Positions 10,786 to 23,811 of a DNA stretch of 64,000 bases are shown here, piece by piece. The notes beneath the pieces are model-generated. The model was not told where the DNA came from. It was given only the letters and a program-made list of their open reading frames with translations, and made no database searches. Positions within the stretch are counted from its first letter, which is position 1. Every line of letters begins with the position of its first letter. Position numbers and translations under genes: made by a program. The stretch is from Carcharhinus amblyrhynchos. Taxonomy: Eukaryota. Location: positions 22,568,001 to 22,632,000 of the forward strand of contig OZ336890.1 in NCBI GenBank assembly GCA_965287045.1, written 5' to 3'.

Positions 10786-12835
10786 ACTGCCTGTTTGGGG
10801 TGGGGTGGGGGGTGGATTTCTTTGGTGAGTTCTGGGTGAGTGATGGAACAGGGGATGTCCCATGTCCTTTGGGAGGGTTTCTTTTCATGCAGCCGAGGTT
10901 GCCACAGGGCAGGCTATAACTTTGCCGGACCCGCTCCTTCCGTTTTCTTTTATACATGTTTGACAATGTGATGGGAAAAAGTGACCATTAATCCACCAGC
11001 AGAGTCCAAGCGAACAGTTTTTGCTGAACAGGTGGAATGAGTTAGTTCCCAGTGGTAATAGGTGGTAACATCATTGAGAGGGAAGATTGGGGGAAACAGA
11101 AGTAGGTGACTTGTTGGGTCCTCCTTGGTAGTTTCGCAGGAAAGCTGTGAGCAATTTAGGGGGATTCAAAATTGGGATGGAAAGTCGGATTCAGCTGAGA
11201 ATTGACTGATTGGAGCAGGAAAATAAATAACACCCTTACAATAATTGTACACCACTGTAAACAATTTCACCTCACTTTCTAGCAAAGGAGAAATTCAGTG
11301 AGTCTCCCATTTATCCTCACTTGGATTCTGTAGCTGCGCCATACATACTGGTTGAAATCCAAAATTCAGCCCTGAGTTTACAGAGGCACTCGCCACCCCT
11401 TGGTTTGCTCCCCACTGCAAGTCCTGGCTCCAGCTCCCACCTGATGTTTTGTGAATAAATTCTCCTCCACATACTGCAGGTGGGAAACCTTGATCTGAAT
11501 AAAGCCTTTGTGGAATTTTTACCAGGGACACATGACTAATTGAAATTCAGGTAAAGAATAACAGGTAAGAGCTTGCCAGGATCCACATGAAGGAGAAAAA
11601 CGGCCATGGCAAAGAGAGCAAACATTGCAACAGCTGATGTGTCACCCCAAGAGGAACATCATTTACTTATTTTGTGTATACTGACGATGAATACTGTATA
11701 ACCATTTTTGGCACTGTGCCATAATTCAAATATAAAGTAAGGATGTGTCAATGAAAAAAAAATCTACCAGGCTTTGCAGCGTTTATGCATTTTGTTGTAC
11801 AATTTTGACAAATTGCTTTCTTAGCTTACGAGTATAACCCCATAGCTATCTGAATTTAAACAAAGTGCAGCTGTTCTCTGGCTTTCAGCCTTGCAGTACT
11901 GTAGGAAGATCATACTGCTTCCATGAAATTGCAGTCAGTTAATTTCTAAAGAGGCAACATCTATATGGTATCTCCTGCTAGATGATGAATCTATCCTAAT
12001 GTGTTTAAGGAAGATGCACTGTGAAAGTATCCAGTCTTATGCGTATATATACTGTCATTCATGTAATATACTCTCACTTTATTTTCAAAGTAAACAACTC
12101 TGTAGAGCTCCTTGCATCAGTCTTTCCATTTCTCCTTTCATTCTTCCTCCAGATATTTTATCACTTCAGTTGTGCTGGACTACAGAATAGGGAAGGCATA
12201 CCCTGGATAGGAAGCCTCGGATTTCAGGGTAGTGGCAGGCTGGTAAACAACATTCCAAACAGTATTTACCTTCAGTGGAATAATGATTAGTAAGTCCAGA
12301 AGTTTTGTTGGGAATACTGTAATTGGAAAATATTTAGCATAAAGAATATTTTGTGCAGCCTGAATCCGCTAAGCCAAATTCATTTTGTTGGGGCATTGTT
12401 GTGATAGATAAAGTTATGGTGTCCATATTAAATTTACAATAAATAGATGAGGGCAAATGAAAAGAGATTTCATAAGAAAAATAAAGTTTGTTGTATTCAG
12501 TGGCTAAATTTGCTGGTTGTTAATATCATGACATAATACTTTGAAAACTTAGTGACAACTGGTAAGTTTTCCCTACGTGTTTTGGGGGAGATTTTGCTCG
12601 ATGACCAATGGCTTCTCAAGATGGCCTAGCTGGTATCAGGAATTCATTGTATGTATTACTCGGGGTCGTCCATAATACTTAAAAATGCAATATTTATCAA
12701 TGTCAAGTTCCTTCTAAATAATTACATACTTTGCTCAGAGACAGAGTGAGTTATTATTACCTATGAGATTGGGCATTAGACTTGATTGGTCCATTTATTG
12801 GGACAAACAACCACAAATATCTGAAAACACAACAT

Positions 12836-13186
12836 TGTGACGTTTGTTGTAATGTGCCTTTAAGGAATAGCAGCATGCCATCACTTTAAGGGAAACTCAT
12901 GTGATCCAGTCCCAGTTTCACTGNNNNNNNNNNNNNNNNNNNNNNNNNNNNNNNNNNNNNNNNNNNNNNNNNNNNNNNNNNNNNNNNNNNNNNNNNNNNN
13001 NNNNNNNNNNNNNNNNNNNNNNNNNNNNNNNNNNNNNNNNNNNNNNNNNNNNNNNNNNNNNNTTCTCAAGCTTTCAGTCCCTGTCTACCTGTTCACTTTC
13101 TTAGAGTCAATAAATGAACCCACAATGTGTGTGTTCAATTATGTATGAGCGATTTGTGCCTTTATATCATGATGACACACTGAACA
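12836..13186 (+). mobile_element. Probable solo LTR spanning an assembly gap
   Basis: It begins TG at 12836 and ends CA at 13186. A 4-bp direct repeat ACAT flanks it (12832-12835 and 13187-13190), and AATAAA lies at 13109-13114. Confidence 0.5.
12924..13062. other. Assembly gap (139 N)
   Basis: Run of N characters. Confidence 1.
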
Positions 13187-15229
13187 ACATTAAAAACCAT
13201 TGTATTAGCCTTTCATTCTTCTCTACTTCCTAAGACTTGACACTTATTTTATCATCTCAGAAGGATAATATGCTGAGTGATTCCTGCCAGAATTTAAACC
13301 TGACCTTCTGCTTTGAATCTGGTACTCAGCTGACTGCATAGAACTACCAAAAAACATGCCTATAAATAGTATTTCTAAACATGAGGAATAATTCAAACTA
13401 AATTCATTTCATTTAAATATTAGAAAATCACATCATTTGGCTTAAAAATGGGGCAGGATTGACACAGGCAGCCACTGCCTAAAGCATATGAATAGTCGTT
13501 TTATTTTGTCAACAGCTACCTTAAGTTGGTTTTCTACAACATCAAACGTATGTTTTAAATCTCCCCATGGCAATTTATTTTGCAGTTAAGTGCATAATTT
13601 CTTACAGGCTAGTCCAAATCCATATCTCCATCTCTTTTTAAAAAGAATTGCACGTTAATTGTCAGGGCTGATTGATAAAGAATGACAGGTGGCCAAGGCG
13701 GAGACTCATAACAATCAACGCTGAGGCAATATCAGCCCTGAGTGTGAATTTGGCAAAAATGTTGATTGAAATATCAGTGGTTATTCACTGGGATGTACTA
13801 GGGTAGCGAGGGCAGCAGGGGCACCGAGAATGAACAAAGATGATGCCTGCCAGCAACAAAGTGAAGATTGAGAAGATTGTACACCATCTGGAAGAATACC
13901 AGCCACAGGACTAGGGAGGGAATAATTAATCGAGTGTAAGAGAACTGATCTGTTCCTTTATGCTTGATTGTACCTGCAAAAAAAAGTTTCTTAAAATTTA
14001 GATTATATCACTTTCAAACTTGTGATTTTTCAGAATGAATTTTGCATTGACTTGAGGTGTGCCTTTTGTTGTTGTGACGATAATGTGGAACAATTACAGA
14101 ATAACCCACAACGTAAATACAATCTGGTCAATGGGCACATAATTTGTTTAACTTCTCTTCCTCTTTTACAATATTTTGTACAATTTTAAGTCTGTAAGGC
14201 CATTAGTGGCACCCACTTACATGTGATCACTAAACATTACAGGGTAACTTGCACCTTTATTGTTTTCCTTTCCCTATTTGTGAGGACTTAACAATTGCAT
14301 TGTTCAATAATTGAGAGGCTTTGAACAATAGTTATGGTCAACACTACACTTCTGAAACAAGATCATTAAGGGTGGGTTGGCAGAAAACTTGAGGGGTGAT
14401 TCTCCAGGGCCTCTAGCTGAAGGCGGGATTCCTGAGCGTGAGGCCCAAAATGGGATTCTTGCTGGGCATCAAAATTGTTGAACCTCCCAGCCCATTTGAC
14501 GCTGCCAGGCTGCAGAGGGAGGGTCCTGGTGGTTGGGTGGGTGGGCTCAGGCTCGGGGGAAATGTTTAACCTTGAGACTCTTTCCCCAAATGGGGGTGGA
14601 TTTCCCCTTCTTGCCCTGGGAAATATGGAGAACACTCTTAGCATGGTAATTTCAGGCAGCTTTCTATTAAAAATCTTTATTATTGTCTTGTAAACACTTT
14701 AAAATGTCCCTGGTCACATTAATATGCTTGCCACTTGAACACCTGGAAACCTTCAAAATCAATCTGCAGCAAGGATTCTGTTGCTTATATTCAAAGGCCA
14801 CTGGTTTGACCAGTCACCTTTTGAAGTATCTGACAGGAGATGTCAGTTTCATTGGGGGAAATGCCTCAATGAGCCACAAGTGTTGTGTGACCACTCTGAA
14901 CTGCTTTGATTGACAAATCCAGAGCAGGTCAAACTGCAAGCAGTCCACACCCCAGTAAATCTTAAGTACTTCCTCTTTTCAGTACATCTGTTCACTCTGA
15001 CCCCAAAGAAACTGCAGTTTCATTTCAGGTCTCTGACCATGCTGAGAAGCCCAAATGCTTTGAAATCCTTTGCTTACATTCAACAGCAGATCCAGGCTAT
15101 TTCACAGCAGGCTGTAGCTTTGTTTGTATTTGATTGATTATATCTGAAGTGCTTCCTCTTTTCTTAACTTTAAAAAAAGGTGTGCTCTTTAAACTCAAGT
15201 GCCTACTTGTGATAGCATCTGCTCTTTGT

Positions 15230-15875
15230 TCTGAAGACTTTGCCTGGAATAGTATGCCTGTACTGGATGTAGCTTTCAGCCATAGCAGAGGCTGGCACCA
15301 TAGCCTGCCACCCTAGCAGTGATCCCTACATCCTGGCGCTGATACCCTGGCAGTGACCCTCAGAGTGTCTGTGCCAGGATGGCAGGGGCAGTGCCAGGTT
15401 GCCACTGCCAAGGGGCAGGGCCTGATGGGGAGAGGCTTGAGGGAATGGGGCCTTTAGTGACCCCCTTATCGGAGTCTCTCCCTTGTATTGGGGGTGAGGC
15501 CTCTGACTGGTGGGGAGGGAGGTGAGAAAGGAGGCTGGTAGGGTCACCCTCATGACTACATGGTGTAGGTGTGGAGGGGAAGGAGTTGACCTGTTTGTTT
15601 ACTAATGGGAATGTGGAGATGGGTTGCCCCTCGGTGGTGAAGGTTTGGGGGGGCTCCCTTGATTTGTGGGGGTCACTATTTCATGGAAGGGTGCCTGTCA
15701 CTTAACTCTGAAATTGGGGCACACTTTAAAGATGGTGCATCGACCTCTGTGAAGCCAGGCTGGCTGATGTGTTTCCCGTTGGGGATTTTGCTTCTCAACA
15801 AATAGTTGTTGAATCCCACCTGGCAAATGCTGCCAGCTGGAAACATTCCGGCTTTATTCTGGAAAATCATGGCTC
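15230..15875. mobile_element. Non-autonomous Harbinger-like remnant
   Basis: It is a G-rich block with GGCAGTGCCAGG motifs and TTTAAAGATGGTGC, similar to 3115-3915. Confidence 0.35.
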
Positions 15876-16544
15876 TGACCCTTCTCTTGGTTTTGCAATA
15901 TTTTTAAGTTGCCAATTAAACAGCACAGCAAGTTGACTGGTTATTTTAAAGAACATCTGTTGTCAACTTGAGTGTATCTCAAAGGACAAGAATTCAACTA
16001 TATGATAAATATGCACTAACGATGAAAGAAATTAAATGTGGACCCTTTCCTTTGTTCTCAAAGCTCAGTATTTAGATTGTCTGTATGCTGAGTGCAGATA
16101 CATCAAACCTAAAACAATGGAAATGATTATTTCAACATCATTGCATGTTGGCTTTCCTGTTGATAAAGTTAAACTCTAATGTTAACCACATTGTGTGGGA
16201 CTAAATCAGTCTGGTTTCTGACACATGGAAATCTGGCACAATTTTAGGAGTCTCATGTGCAATTCACACATTTAAGTCATGATGAAATTGATGGATAGTA
16301 ATGTAAGTAAGTAGATGCTATACCTGGATACCGAAGTTGCACTAAAATGCGGCTCTGATTATTGTTACAATTACAATTGTGCCTTGGGAATGGGTATAAA
16401 TGTTGGCACATTTTACCTGTATCTAAAGTCTGCTGCTGGTAAGACAGTAACTGTGCGATTTCAGTCGTGATGAGCTGCATAGCTCAGGGTAAGTAACAAA
16501 TTAAAAAATAGCTACATTTAGAAAGTTTTAGGAGATAGCTTTTA

Positions 16545-16839
16545 GGGTGGCACAGTGGATAGCACTGCTGCCTCAGCACCAGGGACCTAGATTCGATTCC
16601 CGGCTTGGGTCACTGTGTATGTGGAGTCTGCACATTCTCCTTGTGTCTGCATGGGTTTCCCCAGAGTGCTCCGGTTTCCTCCTACACTCCAAAAGATGTG
16701 TTAGTTAGATGAATTGGCCATGCTAAAATTCTCCCTCAGAGTACCGGAACAGGCACTGGAATGTGGTGACTAGGGGATTTTCACAGTAACTTCATTGCAG
16801 TGGTAATGTAAGCCTACTTGTGACTAATAAATAAACTTT
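16545..16839 (+). mobile_element. HE1-like V-SINE, full length, with a GTGACTAATAAATAAA tail
   Basis: It has an A-box GGTGGCACAGTGG, a B-box-like GATTCGATTCCC, the V-domain GTGGAGTCTGCACATTCTCCTTGTGTCTGCATGGGTTTCC, and a tail ending TGTGACTAATAAATAAACTTT. Confidence 0.92.
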
Positions 16840-16967
16840 GAGGAAAACATCTTTGTGGTTTTACGTGTGCAGATAAACCCAGAGCCACATTGAAGCATGT
16901 GGATCTATATGGTGTATCCCAAATGGTCAGAGAGATTTGTTTTATGGATTCGTGAGGTTAGTTTATG

Positions 16968-18370
16968 AAAAGGAGATAGAGAATCTGGTGATCAAGAAGG
17001 CGAATGGAATGCTAGCCTTTATAGCGAGGAGGATAGAATATAAAAGTAGGGAGGTCTTGCTGCAACTGTGCAGGGTACTGGTGAGGCCACAGCTGGAGTA
17101 CTGTGTGCAGCTTTGGTCGCTGCACTTGCACAAGGATATTTTGGCCTTGGAGGGAGTGCAGAGGAGGTTCACTAGGCTGATACCGGAGATGAGGGAGTTG
17201 GACTATGAAGACAGACTAAATAGACTGGGTTTGCACTCATTGGAGTTTAGAAGGATGAGGGGGGATCTTATAGAGACGTATAAGGTAGTGAAAGGGATGG
17301 ATAGGGTAGAGGTCGAGAGATTTTTCCCTCTTAGAAAGGATAACAGGACTAGAGGGCACAGCCTCAAGATAAGGGGGGGGGGGCGCAGTTTAGATCGGAG
17401 TTGAGGAGGAACTTCTTCACTCAAAGAGTGGTGAATCTCTGGAATTCTCTGCCCATTGAAGTGGTGGAGGCTAAATATATTCACTTAATATATTTAAGTC
17501 ACGGGTAAATAGGTTTTTGACAGACAAGGGAATTAAGGGTTATGGGGAGAAAGCAGGAAAGTGGAACTGATCCACTTCAGATCAGCCATGATCTTATTGA
17601 ATGGTGGAGCAGGCTAGATGGCCTACTCCTGCTCCTATTTCTTATGTTCTTATGGTGAACTGGTGCAGCAAAAATAATCTCTTCCTCAGTGTCAACAACA
17701 CAAAGGAGATTGTCATCAATTTCGAAAAGCATAAAGGAAAACTTGCCCCTGTCTACATCAATGGGGATGAAGTAGAAAAGATCAAGAGCTTCAAGATTTT
17801 AAGTGTCCAAATCACCAATAATCTGTTCCAGTCCCCCCATGTGAACACTATAGTTAAGAAAGCTTACCAATGCCTTTACTTTCTCAGAAGACAAAGGAAA
17901 TTTGGCATATCAGTTACTTTTAAAGGTGCACCATAGAAAGCATTCTTTCTGGTTGTATCACAGCTCTGCTCAAGGTTGCAAGAAGTACAAAAGGTCGTAA
18001 ATGTAGCCCAATCCATCATGCAAACCAGCCTCCCATTCATTGACTCTGTCTACACTTCCTGCTGACTTGGCAAAGCAGCCAGCATAATTAAGGACCCGAT
18101 GCACCCTGGACACTCTCTCTTCCATCGGATAAAAGATACACAAGTCTGAGGTCACATACCAACCGACTCAAGAACAACTTCTTCCCTGGTGCTGTCAGAC
18201 TTTTGAATGGACTTACCTTGCATTAAGTTGATCTTTCTCTACGCCCTAGCCATGACTGTAACATTATATTCTGCAATCTCTCATGAACAGTATGTTTTGT
18301 CTGCATTGCACACAAGAAACAATACTTTTCATTGTATGTTAATACATGTGACAATAATAAGTCAAATCAA
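16968..18370 (+). mobile_element. Rex1/Babar-type LINE 3' fragment, split by a CR1 insertion
   Basis: It encodes EIENLV|NWCSKNNLFLSVNNTKEIVINF...VKKAYQCLYFLRR. The 3' UTR ends CATGTGACAATAATAAGTCAAATCAAA. Confidence 0.85.
16992..17652 (+). mobile_element. CR1 LINE 3' end (RT C-terminus plus 3' UTR)
   Basis: It encodes KKANGMLAFIARRIEYKSREVLLQLCRVLVRPQLEYCVQLWS...RRMRGDLIETYK...TRGHSLKI and ends with the tail CCTACTCCTGCTCCTATTTCTTATGTTCTTA. TGGTGA direct repeats flank it. Confidence 0.95.
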
Positions 18371-19339
18371 AGGTGCCTTCCAAATATTCAATATAGAAAT
18401 AAAAAGCAGTGTAAAGTGCAAATGTATGTAGTGCTGAATAATATTCAAGTATTTTACACATTTAGAAATCGTGAAAGCAAATCAGAGGGTTGGATGTTTG
18501 GAAGTGAGGGTGTTTGTAAACTGCAGCAGCTGGCAAAATTGTCACCTTTCTGCAATCCCCCCCCCGAGTCTCTCACAGGGTTGGGAGGACTGTGGAAGTA
18601 TTGAGTGGTCTGCTCACCCTTGGGCCTATTGAGACTCTTGGCCACTTAAACGACTCACTCCATCCATGTTGCTCTTTTATCCACCCATGGCAAGTGGATA
18701 AGCTTTCAGTTTTTACTGGGCAAGCTGGTATAGGCCAAAGAGGAGGGGGTGGTGTGGGAAACCATTTGTGGAAGTTTCCCTGTGCCTGGCTGAGGCCTCC
18801 CCAAGAGCATACACTCCATTTTAACCACCGTTTCTCCCATCCTCCTCTAAACCAGGCCCACTACTTCCCTCAGCCCCTTCTTTGAGGCCTACCATCCAGC
18901 CCCTGCTGATACCCCAGCCTTACCTGACCTCCGGCTTCTGTAACTTTCTTCTTCAGGAACTGCCTGAAGTCCCAACAGTGACCACTGCATGAACCTGGCA
19001 CTGCTGTAAGGTGGGACTTCCCTCTTGGGAGTCTCAGCCTGAGCCAATGAACACTCCAGGCATGGAATAACTGACATTTTCATGGATGGGCTCTCAATCG
19101 ACATTTTAGTTGGGTGAGCAGGAAGCATGGTGCCTAATGTTTATTTTTGTAGTTGAATTTGCTGCTGAATTCTCTCTCTAGCTTCAGTCCCTCATGTTAG
19201 AAAAAGTAGTCTTGCAACCGGTCCCCAGCCAAGGTCTCCAGATAGGTTACCCTAGACGATGTTCCTTAATTTGTCACCCTCCACCCCACTGAGGGAAATA
19301 TCTCAACACGAGCTCCAATTTGTTAATTTTCCCAATGGG

Positions 19340-19520
19340 GTTCCCCCAAATTTTTATGCCCCTGGGTGAGGAGGGATGAACTGGCTCCTTTCCTTTTTTC
19401 AACCCCCTCAGTTGGTCGCAATAAGATTAATTTAAAAAGGAGTCCTTCCCCAACAACAGACACCTTTTCCCAGTTCCAAAAAGAGCCTATTCATCGTGCT
19501 TTCTTCAGTTAAAGGGTGAT
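19340..19520 (-). mobile_element. Possible Gypsy LTR 3' edge plus a PBS-like remnant
   Basis: The reverse strand reads ...CCTCCTCACCCAGGGGCATAAAAATTTGGGGGAACC, resembling an LTR end (CATAACA) followed by a tRNA-Pro-like PBS (TTGGGGG). Confidence 0.3.
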
Positions 19521-21289
19521 TTTATAAGCAAATGAAGTGTGAGAAAAACAATTTTAAAAAATGCATGCATGTACATTCATACAGATCAGAAATTAGAAGT
19601 CCAAAAAGTTTTTTTAGAAGTATATTCAAATCTGCTGCAACTTGTCCAGGTGGAGCAGATGGTGAAGTCTTGTGGCCACTTGAGATTTGTGATTCATGGA
19701 GCACTGACTTCAGCAGTTGAATAGGTGGTTTTGAATTTTCAGTGTTCTGCAGTTTAGCTGAGAGGAGATATCCTTCTTTCTTTACCACTGTGGTTGTTGC
19801 TTTTTTGACATGGCTTGCTTCCAGCAAAATATTTTTACCTGTGGAAGTGGAGAAGGTGGGTGTTGGTGTTTGGGATATAACCTACAGAATATGATTCCAT
19901 CTAAGAGGATAATCAGCTTCCATGATCTCAACAGGACGATTTCAGTCAGTTGCTTTGTTCCTTTAACATGTCCTTGTCTGGAAAGTGTGTGACAGGCCAT
20001 TTGCCCTCAGGTCTTAGTATAATCCACATTGGGACAATTAAAACAGCGATTAAATTCACATTTACAGTCATCTTTGGCTTTTGCATGTCCATTTTTTAAA
20101 AACTGGCAGAATTTTCCCATGCTCTGCTGGCAGGTTCAATGGCAGACAGAGAAGAGAATTCAATGGGAGGTCCAATAATTTGTTTTAAGGCTGGCATGAA
20201 TTTTCCATGGGATCTTCCACTGTGCCCACCATATTGGATTGGGAAATCTATTTGAGGCTGGCCTAAAATTGATTTACTTTCCCGTTAACGAGATGCAGAT
20301 GAAATCCTGACCAGAATATTTCACACATGCCTGATTCTCTATGATGCCAGTGAGTGATGGGACTCACCTGAACAATGCTTAGGGCTGCCTCAGGAGTTCG
20401 GGATGGAGGTTGCTGGCAACCCTGGATCTGAAAACACTACCAGTGGGTGGAGGGGAGCTAGATATATGCTGCAGCTGGATCTTCCAGATTTGGTGTACTG
20501 GAGGAGGTTCATCTTGTGGCCACAGAATGTTCTTGGAGATCCCTCTTCTTTCTCAAAAGGGGTCCATTTTCCAGCTGCAAAGTGCTCCCAGAGATGCATC
20601 TTCATTTTCAGAGGGTCTGTTTTCTTTCTTTAATAGGTGGCCAGTGACGTTGGCACCTTTTCAATATGGTATCTGGATATGACAATGGATCTTGACCTGC
20701 ATCTGACCTGCCCCACCACGGAATGCGGTACTAACACCCAGTTGCATTATTAATGAGGTTAGGGCTGGAAGGTGTGGCCTGTTCTTCCCACTGGCCTCTG
20801 CAGCAAGGAATATTCCACTTTCTCCACCACCCCCTCACCACAAGACTTAGTCCCAGATGGAGAATTCTGGCACATTTTTAAAGTTTAATATGCCTGTACG
20901 TAATTTGAGGTTTTGCTCCAACCTCATGACAATACATTCATTAGTTTTGCATTGCATTTTGATGAACGCTTTTCAATGGCCATGAAATATTCCTTTCTTC
21001 ACATTAAACATGGAGAATTTGAGGGAGTATAATCTTTATCTTTAAGTCTATATGGTACTCGCAGCTAAAGATAGTTGACGGTGCTCTGACTTACTATTTC
21101 TTTTAATTAGAATGTTTCATGTTCGTAAAGCTATTTGTGCTATTTTCAGTGGCAGGTAGTTTTTTCAAAGGACACTGATGTTCTAATCACTATAGTGAAG
21201 ATTTTTTTCTGATATCTCCACAGCGAATTACTAATTTACCACAGCAAATTACAACTCAACACATGCACCAACTATGATATCTCTGAATG

Positions 21290-21480
21290 TACACAGCAAT
21301 GAAAAATGTCTGCTGAATAATATTAGGGATGGTTAACAAATGATTTCTCAGTTATGAAAAAAAGGGGTTTGCAAGTTTGTCTGCTGCAGCTGTATTATTT
21401 AATTGCTGGGGAATCATGTCCATTCCAAATCGAGCAAAATGATTATTTTACGATTATATATTCAAATGAAAGATCCCACA
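21290..21480. promoter_or_regulatory. Candidate conserved non-coding element
   Basis: It is a unique AT-rich block with TAATT, ACAAAT, CAGCTG and TGATTA motifs and retained CpGs. Conservation was not tested. Confidence 0.2.
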
Positions 21481-23811
21481 GTGGTGTGTTAAATCCTTGC
21501 AGAGCTTTACACACAATTCAGTCATGTTCTGAATGCAAGAGAGTTTTAATTGTTGTGATTGTTTCACACATAAAGCACGCAACCATATGTCAGGGATTCA
21601 AGTATAACACTCATCTTTTTGTCAGTGAAAGTGTGAACATTGACCCAAATTTTCCTGCAGTGGTAAGATTGGTGATGTATGGTGTAAAATCCCTCGTCTT
21701 GCATGCCAATCTCACCATTGCTGACTTGCTGAAAATTCTGCTGGATTTCTAATTAGAATATGTTGCAACGAGCAGACAGTGGTGAATGAAGAACTCGGTG
21801 CTGACCTGTGAGCTGAAATAATGGTTCATTTTTCCATACAGAGGTGTGGGAGTGAATGGAATAATCACTGTTAAATATTCTTTCATTTGAAGCTGTTGTA
21901 TCCCCTTTTGAGTGTTTTCTTTTGTCAGTTTCACTACCATGTGTGATCTATGACTTCAGGCCATTGAAGTACTGCATTAGAAATTACTAACCGTTTTAAT
22001 TAGTTTCAATTATTTTCATGTAATACAAGGGCACAAATGAGTTAAGCAAACTAACTTTGCTACAGAAAAGAGATGTGGTTATTTTAATCTTTATGATTGA
22101 ACTATATTTGTAACAACTGGCAGTACAAGCCCAATCTTAGAGTATTAAATCACCCTTCAGCAAAACCAACAACTCCATAATGTTTAAGTCTAAGTGACAG
22201 TGGTGTGAAAAGCAGCTTAAAGGCAGGAACATTGAGATTGCTGTTGATTTTAATGAAGGCAAAGTTATAATAATTAGGTTCTCACTTACTTGGGCAAGGG
22301 TAATGCTATAGATCCGAGGAAAATATGAAGTGGCATAAATAATTGCATGCATCACTTATTTCATAACTTCCTCTTACTTCCACTGTTTGAGTTCTATGAA
22401 GGAGATGCATCCTTGAAGACCCCAGGAAAATCTCCGTCATTATACATTTTTAAAAAAAAATCATCTTGAGTTCAATGCATGAGAGAGTTTTAGTCCTAAA
22501 TGTCAATGTGTGAAATAGTTTATTTTAACACTAAATTACAGTGTCATCTATAGAACATTATTAGATTGTATGATAAAATTAACACGCAAGTAGTTAACAG
22601 TATTTCATTGGAAATACTCCAGGTACCAGTTCATAATTTATTTCAGAAAAATCAATTTCCTTATAAACTTCTGTTGCTACTCTCAGCCACATCTCCATTA
22701 AGGATGAACTGGCTGCTGATGTCACATTTGTTATCTGTCATTCCATGATTGAAGGAAGAGGCATTTTTCTGGGGTCTATGGTTTTTCTTTCTTATTGATT
22801 GACTCGTCTGGCTGCCAGTGCCGCCCTGTTAGTTTTGTGAATTGGGGTTAATGTCGATGAAACAGTGACTTCATTCAAGTGAAGGAAACATTCCAGAGAA
22901 CACATTCGATTGAATGGTGTAAGGGAAAAGTAAACACAACTGTTTTGACCTAAAGGCTGAGCACCGAAATTAGAGAAACAATATTATAAGCCAGATATTT
23001 ATTTAGAAAGTCACAGGATGGTGTAATGATTTGAGCTGAGGTTAATAGAAGATTTATTTTGTGAAAACTTAAATTGAATTCTACACCTCAAGGTTGCGTT
23101 CCTTTACAAGTTTTTCAGTGTTTTAACTGCATATACTATTCTTCACCTTGCTGATTGATGTTTATGTTGTTAGCCTTTATATAACTAGTTTTTCTTTGAG
23201 TTTAGCTTACAGTAGTCATATCTTTCCCACATAATTCTGTCCCATTACATAATACAGTTGAAAGAATTGTATCATTGAATTGCAATGGATAGTAATGTGT
23301 CAGTAAGGGAGTCACATTGATTGAGTTAAATTGTAATAAACTGTTTCACTAAAATAATTTGGACAATAATATTGCTCCCACAGAGTATAATGTCATGCTA
23401 TATAATATCACTGGCACCTTCATGTATTCCCGCAAAATTTCATTGTATCTGTGTCTCTTGATAAATGGAAAGTAAATGACTGATAAGAAAAATATGTTAT
23501 TTCACAGCAACAACATGCAATAGAATATAAATCAGTTTTTATGTATATTTAAGAATTTGAGACATAAATACGTTCGTTTGTTAACTCAATAGTCAAGCAA
23601 CTATTTAACACCTATTCACCTGCCAGTGTCATTATTTTATTCATGTTTACTCTACACTCATTGATTCAAATGCAATTTGTTTCACAGGTAAGAAACTGTT
23701 ATGTGGCTTTAATTTGGGGATAGTGGATTTTGGAATTTGGGAATGATGACACCAAAATGGAGGCCAAATATAGAACTGCTCCTTGTGATTGAAATATTGA
23801 GCAGCAAAATT

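Noticed and set aside
16545-16620. tRNA genes at the SINE heads
   Set aside because: They have A and B boxes but run straight into SINE bodies and do not form complete cloverleaves.
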